Assembly (NCBI GenBank): GCA_965230295.1
Contig: OZ246001.1
Location: 3,424,001-3,488,000, forward strand
Origin: Marinicella sp.
GTDB lineage: Bacteria > Pseudomonadota > Gammaproteobacteria > Xanthomonadales > Marinicellaceae
Reading direction: 5' to 3'
DNA length: 64,000 nucleotides
Below are positions 18,053 through 27,949 of the stretch, one piece after another. Position numbers and translations under genes: made by a program. The notes beneath the pieces are model-generated. The model had not been told where the DNA came from. It saw only the letters and a list, made by a program, of their open reading frames with translations, and did no database searches. Within the stretch, counting starts at the first letter, position 1, and each line of letters starts with the position of its first letter.

Positions 18053-18697
18053 GTGCAATTCAAATCTAACTTATTATTCTTGGTATTCAGCTTGACGTTG
18101 GTTGCTTGTGGGGGAAGCAGCAACTACCGTCCGGTTGATAATGTGTCAGGTCGCCCCACCACTTATGTCGACCCGGGATCACGCGGCGTTGTCAGTGGTG
18201 TGGGGGTGGAGTCACAGGACATCTTGTCGATGACTGAACAAATGATGCGCAGCATCATCTCCAGCGGTATTCTTAACAATCGCACCAGGCCGCCTCGAAT
18301 CATCATGGACGCAGCCTTCTTTGAAAACCAAAGCGCCCAAGCCATCAATAAAAACCTGATAGTTGACCGTTTAAGAACTGGGTTGATCCGTGCTTCGCAA
18401 GGTCGAATGATGTTTGTTGCCAGACAAAACATCGCGATGGTTGAAAAAGAGCGCCAGTTAAAACGTGCAGGCACGGTTGACCAGGGATCTGCAGGGTTGA
18501 CCAAAGCCACAGCAGGAGGAGATTACCGTTTAACTGGCAGCATCAAGTCTTTAGATGCCAGAGATCGTTACACTGGAGCCATTCAACGCTATTCACAAAT
18601 CACCTTTGAATTGGTTGATTTGGAATACGGCACCATCGTTTGGGCCGATGATTTTGAATTTTCCAAATTCGCTCAAGACGACGCGATTTACCGCTAG
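18053..18697 (+). CDS. LpoB/CsgG-like outer-membrane lipoprotein
   Basis: GTG start after GGAG; lipobox LVAC; 'DY.LTG.I' and 'F.LVDLE.G.IVW.D' fold motifs. Confidence 0.75.
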   Translation: MQFKSNLLFLVFSLTLVACGGSSNYRPVDNVSGRPTTYVDPGSRGVVSGVGVESQDILSMTEQMMRSIISSGILNNRTRPPRIIMDAAFFENQSAQAINKNLIVDRLRTGLIRASQGRMMFVARQNIAMVEKERQLKRAGTVDQGSAGLTKATAGGDYRLTGSIKSLDARDRYTGAIQRYSQITFELVDLEYGTIVWADDFEFSKFAQDDAIYR

Positions 18698-18706
18698 GAG
18701 GTTGTG

Positions 18707-19966
18707 ATGAAAAGCAGTGTTGTGTTGTTGTTGATATTTGGGTTATTGGGATGCAGCTCAGCACCTAAGTATGCCTACGAACAGTCTGTCGCTGAAGACC
18801 AGTTGAATGTCTTTATGCAAGGAAAACCAGGGCATTATCGGCCCTATTTTGAGGTGTATCTCAGACAAGGTGCCCGCAACAGTGTTCTCAATGAAACGCG
18901 AATAGGCTTATTGGCTTTACAAAATGGTGATGAAGATTTGGCTGCTTGGTTGTTTGATCGAGCCATCAACAAAATTGAATCCATCTATGCCAACAACAAA
19001 ACCGCCAAAAAGGCCCGTTCAAAGTTTAAGAAAGAAGAACTCAAAGACTTTAAAGGTGAACCCTATGAACGTGCCATGGCCTATTTTTACCGAGGTCTGA
19101 TTTACTTAAAAAATGACGATTTCGAGAATGCCCGAGCCAGTATGTTGGGTGGCTTGCTGCACGATTCCATGGCTGAAGACCAAACTTACGAACAAGATTT
19201 TGCGAGTCATTTTTATCTGGCTGGTTGGGCCTCCTATTGCAACAATAACCCGTCTCAAGCAGATGATTACTTCAGCCAAGCACAAGAATTAAATGCCGCA
19301 TTACAGCCTCCTCAAACAGGACAAAACCTGCTTATTCTGGCCACCTCAGGTTTGGGTCCCAGTAAATTCAGAAAAGGTAAATACAATGAATTGATGGCAT
19401 TTGATACCAGCAGCATACAAAGCGCAGCAGGCATCAAACGCCCTGTGATCTATCAAAACAATCAAACCCTGTACTTTGCCACTGCGGAGAACATCCACTG
19501 GCAAGCCACAACTCGTGGTGGCCGCACCATTGATGTGATCAACCAAGGCAAAGCTGTTTTCAAGGACAACACCGATCAGATGGGTTCAGCCTTAACCAGT
19601 ACCGGCTCTACATTGATGAACACTGGATTGAGTCAAAACAACCGAAAACTGGGCAATGCCGGTGCGGTCATGGCCTTGTTTGGTTTGGTGTCAAAAGGAG
19701 TGTCAAAAGCAACCAAACCAACGGCAGACATCAGGTATTGGGATAATTTGCCGGCATTCGTCTATACCAGCGTGACCAACAAACAAGCGTTGCGTTCAGC
19801 CAGCCCCCAATTACATTTTGTTGATGCCCTTAAACAAAATCAGCAAGACATGACACCCGAATTGCTGAAAGTCATGCAGCACAGTTTGGAAACAGATGAT
19901 AGCTGTGATGTGCTGTATGTTCACAGTGACCCAGGCTATCTGAGTTACCGCCACATTAACCAATAA
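18707..19966 (+). CDS. TPR-like lipoprotein (COG3014-like)
   Basis: AGGAGG RBS; lipobox LLGC; 'F.GE.YE..M...Y..L.YL...D.ENARA' and 'ADIRYW..LP' motifs. Confidence 0.7.
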   Translation: MKSSVVLLLIFGLLGCSSAPKYAYEQSVAEDQLNVFMQGKPGHYRPYFEVYLRQGARNSVLNETRIGLLALQNGDEDLAAWLFDRAINKIESIYANNKTAKKARSKFKKEELKDFKGEPYERAMAYFYRGLIYLKNDDFENARASMLGGLLHDSMAEDQTYEQDFASHFYLAGWASYCNNNPSQADDYFSQAQELNAALQPPQTGQNLLILATSGLGPSKFRKGKYNELMAFDTSSIQSAAGIKRPVIYQNNQTLYFATAENIHWQATTRGGRTIDVINQGKAVFKDNTDQMGSALTSTGSTLMNTGLSQNNRKLGNAGAVMALFGLVSKGVSKATKPTADIRYWDNLPAFVYTSVTNKQALRSASPQLHFVDALKQNQQDMTPELLKVMQHSLETDDSCDVLYVHSDPGYLSYRHINQ

Positions 19967-19977
19967 AGAGGTGCCTT

Positions 19978-20460
19978 ATGAGATTATTCATTGCTATCAC
20001 GATTTTAGTATTATTAAGTGGTTGTGCGTCTAAACCGAGACAAGCCCCGCCAGTGACATTTCCAACCTGTGATTTTACCCATGCACCACACGGCTCTGCA
20101 CCCAGAGGTTATGGAGCTTTGGTACCAGCCATCAAAGGCACCATGCACCCAATTGCCTTATCAACGGTCAGTATCACCGATACAGCCTTGTTGCGACGCA
20201 TCGTGGTACAGGACGTCAAAGCCATGCGCAGTCAATCTGAACAACTCAATGTTTTCGCTCGCATTGTGAACTGTACTGACTATCCAATCATCTTAGAAGC
20301 AAGAACCCAATACTTGGATGCCAACCAAGTCATCGCTGAACCTGTGACACAGTGGAAGCGGATTTACTTACCAGCCAGGACCATAGGTAACTATCAAGAA
20401 GCATCGATCAGGCAGCCCATGCCAGACACTTTCTTGATTGAACTGCGAGAACAATTATGA
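19978..20460 (+). CDS. DUF1425/YcfL-like lipoprotein
   Basis: Lipobox LSGC; Ig-like pattern 'N.T..P..LE.R..Y.D......E..T.W....L.A'. Confidence 0.65.
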   Translation: MRLFIAITILVLLSGCASKPRQAPPVTFPTCDFTHAPHGSAPRGYGALVPAIKGTMHPIALSTVSITDTALLRRIVVQDVKAMRSQSEQLNVFARIVNCTDYPIILEARTQYLDANQVIAEPVTQWKRIYLPARTIGNYQEASIRQPMPDTFLIELREQL

Positions 20461-21365
20461 AAACACCATTTCTTTTAATGATTTGCTGGTCAGCTTTGAG
20501 TTTTGCGCAACACCGCAATGACTTACCACCGGTGTTGTCCCAACAAGACAATCAGTCTGCTCATTTACAGTACGCCAACGAACCCTACCGAATCACAGTT
20601 AGCCCAGCAATGGGACAACAATACCGTGCTATGGGAAGTCCAAAAATACTGTTATTACTGGGCAGAAAGCTTGGCAGTGAATTATCAGAGTGGCAGGCCG
20701 ACACCCGTGACACCATAACCACCATGAATCGGGCTTATCAAGGCACTCATCAAGCCAAAGACAGCCGAGACACTCATCGGATGACGGAAAAACGCAAAGT
20801 CATCAGCGTCAATGTGACGCCAGGCATGCAGGCATTTTACAAGGGCTTTACTGACTACATGCAAGCTGCCAACATCGGTATGGTCAGTTATGATTCAATT
20901 GTCAGACAAACACAGAGAAAGAATGAATTAACTGGTACCATTGATCGCAGCACTGACTTTCGGGAAGTGGAAGCCGATGCCATCCTCAATCAGGTTGATG
21001 TTTTGGTTGAAATCATGGATGCGGGATCCGTAACCGTACTGGGTCAACGAATAGATAGGGTACAAGTCAATGTCACACGCATGGATACCTTTGAGACTTT
21101 GTCACAACATGTCGGGCAAGGACCTGAATATTATGAAGTCAAAGAACAATGGGTGGCTGGTGATGCAGGCTATGAACAATTGAAAACAGTGGTATTACAT
21201 CATGCAGATGTGGGTTTTCAGTTGGCAGAAACAATGCTCTCGAAAGCCTTATTGCGGCCCTACAAACCACGCACTCAGAACACGACTGTTATCAATCAAT
21301 CCAAAACACCTATCAAGAAGAAAAAGCGGGTGTTGCCACCCAAAGGCAATGTCCCAAGAGAGTGA
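20457..21365 (+). CDS. Hypothetical exported protein (possible CsgG/HfaB-like fold)
   Basis: Signal peptide; ATGA overlap with the upstream gene; basic C-terminal tail. Confidence 0.6.
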   Translation: MKTPFLLMICWSALSFAQHRNDLPPVLSQQDNQSAHLQYANEPYRITVSPAMGQQYRAMGSPKILLLLGRKLGSELSEWQADTRDTITTMNRAYQGTHQAKDSRDTHRMTEKRKVISVNVTPGMQAFYKGFTDYMQAANIGMVSYDSIVRQTQRKNELTGTIDRSTDFREVEADAILNQVDVLVEIMDAGSVTVLGQRIDRVQVNVTRMDTFETLSQHVGQGPEYYEVKEQWVAGDAGYEQLKTVVLHHADVGFQLAETMLSKALLRPYKPRTQNTTVINQSKTPIKKKKRVLPPKGNVPRE

Positions 21366-24300
21366 ACATGATCAACAGAACCTGTCTTTGTTTGTTGTTA
21401 CTACTTGGTCTGACATTGAACTGTCAAGTTCAAGCCAGCAGCGAAAGAGAACAAGAAATCGATGCGATCAAAACACAATTGAAAAAAAATCGCAGCGATT
21501 GGTGGAAACTTTCCGGTAAGATTCAACACCATTTAGACAATAAGGTCACCAATGTGGCTGATCGAAAACTGATCGGATTGGCAAAAATATTGGGTCGTCA
21601 ACAACAATTGAATGAAGATTTGGCGGCTTTGGAAGCAGAGCGAGCAGACGCATTCAAACGCTGGCAAAAGGAACATCCCACCAAAACCCGTGAAGATTGG
21701 CGCACAAGTGGTGCTGAATGGGCAGCCAATACCCGCATCAATGAGCGCGTGAATCAGATCTGGAGCCAATACATCAGAGATCAAGAAAATTACCGCCATC
21801 GGGTGCTGCCAGGTAAAGACGGAGAGTTGGCTGATCTGCAGTGGCAACAAGATGTTTTGTTGGACCAAAGGCGCCGGTTGATAGAACAGTTGAAACGTTT
21901 AGAAGCCATGACCGACGATGCTTATTTGCGACAAAAAGCCCCGATAATTGGCGCCAAGCCACTGCAGCTAGAATTGTTGGGCAACAGTGTCAGACATGTT
22001 AAAGGGGGGAAGCCTGAAGCCGTTAAATTTGTCATCAGTGGTGGAAAACTACCCATGGTTATGGCGTACCGCAATGCCAAGGGGACACTCAGTTACTTCA
22101 ATGTTGATCGGCGGGGCCAACATGAAGTGGTCATGAATTTTACCGGTGCAGACCAAAGTGGTATGCGCATTTTCCGGCTTGAGGACAATGATTTTCCCAG
22201 GAGCTTTCAATCATTCACCGTTTCCTTCATGGTGCTTGATGAGGGCAAGAAAGCTCCAGATAAAGCCACTCCAAGTGGAAAACCAGGCCCCACACCGACA
22301 CCAGTCGGCATATCTGGTACCAGCACATCGGTTGCTGATCGTGATGGTGACGGGGTTCCCGATGATCAGGACAACTGTCCAGATGTTTACAACCCATCCC
22401 AGGCAGACAGCGATCATGATGGTGAAGGTGATGCCTGCGAGCCACAACCTAAAAAGCCGGCAGATCCGATTCCGCCGCTGTCAGTTGAGTTCACCTGTGG
22501 CAAAGCATTTGAGTTGTCGCCCAATGATGTGTTGTACCCCAAAACCTGTTATGTGGTCGTTCGCAACGCACCCACAACCCATGAAAAGGTCCAACTGAAA
22601 GCCATCTATGATGAAAAACTGCTTGATGTGATTTTTGATGAACAAGCCGAACAAGCCAAATACCCAGAAAACAAATTCTTATTGATCATCAGAACTTTGG
22701 TCACAGCACCACCTACCTTAACGACCTTAACTTTAGTGGTCAGGCAAGGGGGGCAAGAAGTGGTTAAATACATAGATGTGTTGATTTTGTTACCTGAGCA
22801 GGAACCCAGTTCTGGTTCGGGTATCCGACCAGCTGCGGATGTGGCGGCAGGTTCTGGGGGTGCATTTTGTGTTTGGCGTTATAAATCATTTGGCGATCTG
22901 CCAAAATGTTTCAACATTGTTACTGCACAATGTGACAACACCAAATATGCCGGAAAGACCCGGTTTGAATTGGTGGGCAATAACATGACAGCAGAAGAGG
23001 CGGCATTCCGTGCGTTTCAACTCAGTCCATACAAAGGAGATGCCTATGGGTGTCACGCCCAGCAGACTCAGCCTCCGGTGATCAAAGACCGTGATCATGA
23101 TGGTGTATCAGATGACGAAGACAATTGTCCGGATCACCCCAATCCGTATCAACAAAACAGCGACCAAAATCCTGCCGGAGATGTGTGTCAACCCCCACAA
23201 CCAGAACCAGTACCTGACCCCGAACCAACCACAGACAAGCCAACCCAGGATCCTGTAACAGAGGCAGATTGTTCGGCATACCCGGGAACTGTTTCTGTCT
23301 GGCATGAAGCCACTCAATCGGCCGGGTGTGTATGCCCAGGCAATGATGATTGGTCAGATGCCCTACAACGTTGTGCTTCGGATACAGAGGATCAAATAGC
23401 CAACACTGACTGTCGTGGTTATGGGCCACAATCCATAGCTCAATGGGATCAGGCCAGTCAACAAGTGATGTGCGCATGTATGGCAGGTTATGAATTTGAT
23501 GTGACAGATCAGTGTGTGCCAGTCAGTCAAACAGGTCCTTGTGAAGCGTATCCAGGCACAGAATGGGCCAATGGGCAATGCCAATGTCCAGGCCTGTTGG
23601 AATGGTCAGACAGTCAAGGTCAATGCTTACCTTTGGCTGATCTGGCCAGTCATGACATCAATTGCACCGCGTACCCCGGAACGGCTGCGATGTGGGATTC
23701 AGCGCAAGGACAATGGCGCTGTCAATGTGTTGGCACCAAAAAATGGTCTGCAACTTTAGGAACATGTGCTTATCCTGAAGATGAACAAGTGGCAGCCACC
23801 GATTGTTCAAACTATCCAGACACGACGGCTGAATATGATGCCTTCACAGGAGGGGTGTTGTGCCGTTGTAACCAAGCGGGTCTGGTCTTGTCTAAGAGTC
23901 AAGGAAAATGTATGGCACCTGTGGCCGCTGCGGTGGCCGATCATGATTGCAGTGCCTTTGGGATCGGGGCCCAAGCCATGATCAGTTCAACCAACAGAAC
24001 ACCACATTGTGAGTGTGTCAGTGGCTATCACATGAATGCAGCAGGAACTTCATGCTTGGCCGATTCTGGTGCAGGCACAGTGGTCGGACAAGAACCCACC
24101 AGTCCCCCTGATGTGGTCAAGGATGGTACATGTGATGCATTAACACGTGCTGGCAGCAATGCAGCTGAACGGCATCGATTTAACATGGTGGGCAAGACCC
24201 AGTTGAGTCTGACCTATGAAACATTCACCGCCGAAGATAATGTGCGGGTTTTGAATGCAGCAGAGCAATTGCTGTGGCAATCTGGATGTGTAGGCACCGA

Positions 24301-24421
24301 TGGCAATGCCATAAAAGTGATCAATTTATCTCCAGGAACCACAGAAATATTCATCGATATCCATCCCAATTGTGCCGGTGACACCAGCACCAAATGGAAT
24401 TTTACGGCATCCTGTCAGTGA
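21362..24421 (+). CDS. Large secreted protein with thrombospondin type-3 repeats and six 4-Cys EGF-like repeats
   Basis: Signal peptide; coiled coil; two TSP3-type blocks (DxDxDGVxDDxDNCP...GDxC); six C-x2-[YF]...CxC...C repeats; Cys-containing beta-rich C-terminal domain. Confidence 0.85.
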   Translation: MNMINRTCLCLLLLLGLTLNCQVQASSEREQEIDAIKTQLKKNRSDWWKLSGKIQHHLDNKVTNVADRKLIGLAKILGRQQQLNEDLAALEAERADAFKRWQKEHPTKTREDWRTSGAEWAANTRINERVNQIWSQYIRDQENYRHRVLPGKDGELADLQWQQDVLLDQRRRLIEQLKRLEAMTDDAYLRQKAPIIGAKPLQLELLGNSVRHVKGGKPEAVKFVISGGKLPMVMAYRNAKGTLSYFNVDRRGQHEVVMNFTGADQSGMRIFRLEDNDFPRSFQSFTVSFMVLDEGKKAPDKATPSGKPGPTPTPVGISGTSTSVADRDGDGVPDDQDNCPDVYNPSQADSDHDGEGDACEPQPKKPADPIPPLSVEFTCGKAFELSPNDVLYPKTCYVVVRNAPTTHEKVQLKAIYDEKLLDVIFDEQAEQAKYPENKFLLIIRTLVTAPPTLTTLTLVVRQGGQEVVKYIDVLILLPEQEPSSGSGIRPAADVAAGSGGAFCVWRYKSFGDLPKCFNIVTAQCDNTKYAGKTRFELVGNNMTAEEAAFRAFQLSPYKGDAYGCHAQQTQPPVIKDRDHDGVSDDEDNCPDHPNPYQQNSDQNPAGDVCQPPQPEPVPDPEPTTDKPTQDPVTEADCSAYPGTVSVWHEATQSAGCVCPGNDDWSDALQRCASDTEDQIANTDCRGYGPQSIAQWDQASQQVMCACMAGYEFDVTDQCVPVSQTGPCEAYPGTEWANGQCQCPGLLEWSDSQGQCLPLADLASHDINCTAYPGTAAMWDSAQGQWRCQCVGTKKWSATLGTCAYPEDEQVAATDCSNYPDTTAEYDAFTGGVLCRCNQAGLVLSKSQGKCMAPVAAAVADHDCSAFGIGAQAMISSTNRTPHCECVSGYHMNAAGTSCLADSGAGTVVGQEPTSPPDVVKDGTCDALTRAGSNAAERHRFNMVGKTQLSLTYETFTAEDNVRVLNAAEQLLWQSGCVGTDGNAIKVINLSPGTTEIFIDIHPNCAGDTSTKWNFTASCQ

Positions 24422-27113
24422 TTTTTTGCAGCAGGGTCATGCATTTTTTGGTGAGGAAATTGGCTGACCCTTTTTTGTTATGCAAGGTGTCACAGGCTTG
24501 GCGGGTCAATGGTTCATCAGGTTGATTTTGAATGAACTTGACCATCGACAAGGCATAGTTGGTTTCGCCCAACAGCCAATGATCTGGTGGTAGTTTTTGT
24601 TGTCTGATGTCCAATGCCTGTTGGATCAATTGGCGTCCTGCTTCCAAATCTCCCAATGCCACCTTGGCTCGACCCAGGCCCAAATAACTGTAAGACAGGT
24701 AAAGGTGATCTGCAGGTAAGGTTTTTTGACGTATTTCTAATGATTTTTGTAACATGTCATGGGCTTGTTGAAATTCATTCAACTCTAACAAGGTATTGGC
24801 CATGTTGGTGTACACCGAAGCCGTTTGAGGATGATCGACACCACGGGCAGCAATGATGGGGTCACTGATGTCCTGATAAATGGTGATGGCTTTGGAAAAT
24901 TCTGCATTTTCATGGTAAACCATGGCCAAATTATTCCAGGCATCATTGATTCTCATGTGACCCGGTTCCAAAGTCAGCTGCCTGATTTCCAGAGCTTGTT
25001 GCAAATAGGGCAGTGCCTCATTGGGTCTACCTGCATCGTTGAGGAGTAATCCCATGTTAGTCAGCGACTGGGCTTGCTCTGGGTGTGCAGTGGTAAATAT
25101 TTGATCACGAAGATCAATGGCTTGTAGGAAAAATTGCTCACCCCTTTCCAGATTCCCTTGCATATAGTTAGCCAATCCCAGGTTGTTGATATTGGTTGCA
25201 TAGTCGGTATCTAAAATAGGTAAGGGTTTGTCGCCCCACAGACTTTCTCTGATTTGTTTGGTTTCCAGTAAGATTTCTTCGACTTGCTGGTATTTGCCTT
25301 GCCTGAAATAAACAGCAGTCAAATCATTCAAGCTTTGGGCATATAGCTTGTGGTTTCTGCCGTACAGTTGTTCGTGGAGTTCAGTGGCCTCTGTACCCAA
25401 TTGTTCAGCCTCGGCAAAGGCACCTTGCAGCATTTTGACCCGTCCCAATCGGCTTAACACAGATGCGATACCCTCTTGATTGTCTTCCGCATTGACTTGG
25501 TACATTTCGAGAGACTTCCTGAGCCAAGATTCCGCCACATCATGATGGGCCATCATGCGTTGATTCTCACCGAGCATCAACATGCCTTTGGCTAACGCAG
25601 ATGGAGTTTGATCAGGCAAGCTGGTTCTTATGGCATGGGCATCTTCGAGTACTTGTTGTGCCGTGTTGAAGTTGCCAAGATTTTGATAGGTGTGGGCAAT
25701 TTCTTCGAGCAATTCTGCTTCAACCTCGGTTGGCGTGGTGAAAGTATCCCTGACTTGCTGCAAGCCCATATCCAACACTTCAGTCGCGGTCAATTCTTGC
25801 CCGGGTTGTTTGTTTGGGTTAGCTACATTGAACACGTCAACCAACAAGTCTTTCACTGTTATGGCTTTGTCTCGCTCTGCAGACAGGGCTTGGTTATGTA
25901 AATCAGTCATGTACGCAAAGACACCAAGCATGATGGCAATAGACGCGGTGAAAAACATCAATAATTTATGTCGCCTGACATAAGAACTCACCCGATATGA
26001 CAGGGTTGATGGCCGAGCCTCGATACAATAACCGTTTTTATATTTGTGTAAATCATCTGCAAGGGCTTGAGCGGTTTGGTAACGATCCTCAGGTTTGACC
26101 TTCAACGCCTTGGCCACAATGAATTGTAAGTCAGAGCTGTAAACGCGATTTAATTGCCCATAACTGCTGTTTGTATGATGGATCAATTGCTCAATATGTG
26201 GTTTTTGACTGTTCAGAATGTGCCATTGTTGAGTCAACAATGGCCAATGGTGTTTTGCTTTCTCAATTTGATCAGGTGACAACTGAAACAGCAGCTCAAA
26301 CAACAATTGCCCCAACTGGTGAATGTCTGTGGAGGTGATGATTTTTTCACCTTGGTCGTGTTCAGGTGTTTTGTAATCAACTGAGTAACCTTTGATTTCA
26401 TCATGGTGTTGGTGCATCATTCTGGCGATACCAAAATCCAGCAACTTCACTTCCCCATCTTCATTGACCATGATGTTTGATGGCTTGATGTCACCATGAA
26501 TAACCAAATGCTGGTGTGCATATTGTATGGCATTGAGCACCTGACTGAATAATTTCAAGCGTGCAGATAAGGACAAGCGCTTGTTCTGGCAATAGCTCAC
26601 AATATCTGTACCTTTGACCAGTTCCATCACAAAATAGGGTTGACCGGCTGAGGTGGTGCCCGAATCATACAGTTGAACAATGTTGGGGTGAATCAAGCTG
26701 GCCAGAATTTCTTTTTCATGGGCGAATAGGGCTTGATTGTGATCAAAATTCAGATCAATGGGCATCATCTTGATGATCACTTCTCGCTCAAACTCACCAT
26801 CAGCTCGTTGGGCCAGGAAAATACTGCCCATACCACCTTGTTTTATGAGATTTTTGATTTGGTATGGGCCGATATGAAAACCTCTGAAGCAATGTTCTTC
26901 GATTTCATTCAATTGGGTTTGAGAGATGTCATTCTCAAGTGTGGCAAAAAAATCTTCAGAAGCCAGTTCATGGGCTAACAACTGATCCACTTGTTGCCGC
27001 AAAACCATATCTTCTCCACAGGCTTCAGCTAGGAATGTTTGCTGTTCTTCGCCAGATAACTCTGCTGCCTGCAGAAAAATTTCCATGACTTGTTCGGATG
27101 GGCCATGACTCAT
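24402..27113 (-). CDS. Membrane Ser/Thr protein kinase with C-terminal TPR repeats
   Basis: GGMG.IF, IIK, HPNIV.L.D.G, HGDIKPSN, DFGIA; one TM helix; multiple TPR_12-like repeats. Confidence 0.93.
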   Translation of the reverse strand: MSHGPSEQVMEIFLQAAELSGEEQQTFLAEACGEDMVLRQQVDQLLAHELASEDFFATLENDISQTQLNEIEEHCFRGFHIGPYQIKNLIKQGGMGSIFLAQRADGEFEREVIIKMMPIDLNFDHNQALFAHEKEILASLIHPNIVQLYDSGTTSAGQPYFVMELVKGTDIVSYCQNKRLSLSARLKLFSQVLNAIQYAHQHLVIHGDIKPSNIMVNEDGEVKLLDFGIARMMHQHHDEIKGYSVDYKTPEHDQGEKIITSTDIHQLGQLLFELLFQLSPDQIEKAKHHWPLLTQQWHILNSQKPHIEQLIHHTNSSYGQLNRVYSSDLQFIVAKALKVKPEDRYQTAQALADDLHKYKNGYCIEARPSTLSYRVSSYVRRHKLLMFFTASIAIMLGVFAYMTDLHNQALSAERDKAITVKDLLVDVFNVANPNKQPGQELTATEVLDMGLQQVRDTFTTPTEVEAELLEEIAHTYQNLGNFNTAQQVLEDAHAIRTSLPDQTPSALAKGMLMLGENQRMMAHHDVAESWLRKSLEMYQVNAEDNQEGIASVLSRLGRVKMLQGAFAEAEQLGTEATELHEQLYGRNHKLYAQSLNDLTAVYFRQGKYQQVEEILLETKQIRESLWGDKPLPILDTDYATNINNLGLANYMQGNLERGEQFFLQAIDLRDQIFTTAHPEQAQSLTNMGLLLNDAGRPNEALPYLQQALEIRQLTLEPGHMRINDAWNNLAMVYHENAEFSKAITIYQDISDPIIAARGVDHPQTASVYTNMANTLLELNEFQQAHDMLQKSLEIRQKTLPADHLYLSYSYLGLGRAKVALGDLEAGRQLIQQALDIRQQKLPPDHWLLGETNYALSMVKFIQNQPDEPLTRQACDTLHNKKGSANFLTKKCMTLLQKITDRMP

Positions 27114-27616
27114 GTCGATAGCCTTTGGAACAGCAGGGTTTTAGCCATTGTCCAGTCTCGTTTTACTGTTGCCAAAGAGATGCCCAATGCTTCTGCTGTT
27201 TCAGGTAAGGTTAAGCCGCCAAAGAATCGACAAGTAACCGTATCAGCCAGGCGTTTGTTTTCTTGTTCAAGATTCGATAACGCTTCTTCCAAAGCCAAAA
27301 TATCTTGGCTGCGGCTGGCAGACACCAAATCGACTTGATCAAGGGTTAATTCATTGCTGAATGCGCCTCGTTTTTTTGCACTCCAAATACGGGCATTGTC
27401 AATAATGATGTTCCTCATGGCGACAGATGTGAGGTAAAACAACTCATTTTTATTGGCAACTTCAGTGTTGTTTTTAATCAAATTTAGATAGGCTTCATGA
27501 ACGATGCTGCGCGTTCCAAGATTATTCTTACTGTACACACGACTGCGCTGAACACGAGCCAGGCGCTTAAGGTCGTCATAGATCTCAGGCAGTAGTTTAT
27601 CCAGTTCTTGTGCCAA
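27110..27616 (-). CDS. ECF sigma factor, kinase-associated type (ECF43/TIGR02999-like)
   Basis: LP.IY..L..LA, T...VHEAYL.L, AMR.I.ID.AR...A.KRG, RFFGGLT..E.AE.LG.S..TV.RDW..AK; coupled to the kinase gene; TTG start. Confidence 0.9.
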   Translation of the reverse strand: MAQELDKLLPEIYDDLKRLARVQRSRVYSKNNLGTRSIVHEAYLNLIKNNTEVANKNELFYLTSVAMRNIIIDNARIWSAKKRGAFSNELTLDQVDLVSASRSQDILALEEALSNLEQENKRLADTVTCRFFGGLTLPETAEALGISLATVKRDWTMAKTLLFQRLST

Positions 27617-27685
27617 TAAAAATTCCCCAATGATTGTTTATTTTTCTATTATTATAAAATCGAATGGGTGGTGCGTGTAAATTAT

Positions 27686-27923
27686 TTAAGGGATGTTCTT
27701 GGGGCTTCATTCTGGTTCATGGTCTGACAGGTCTTCATATTTGCTGCGCAAATAAACCGACCTTTACAGACTATTGTCTGAGCAGTTGCTTCGCACTGCA
27801 TGCCTGTTCCTGACAAAAGTGAAAGCGTCCACTGCGAACATAGCATACTACCTCGCGCTCTTCGCCTCTGATTCGCTACGCTCACCAACCGTCTCAGCGG
27901 GTCAAGCTGCTCAGCAGCTTTCC
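27686..27923 (-). repeat. Modular intergenic repeat, copy 2, 238 bp
   Basis: Reverse complement of the same element; colinear with copy 3. Confidence 0.92.
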
Positions 27924-27949
27924 CTTGTTGGTTTTACAACACCAGCTGC

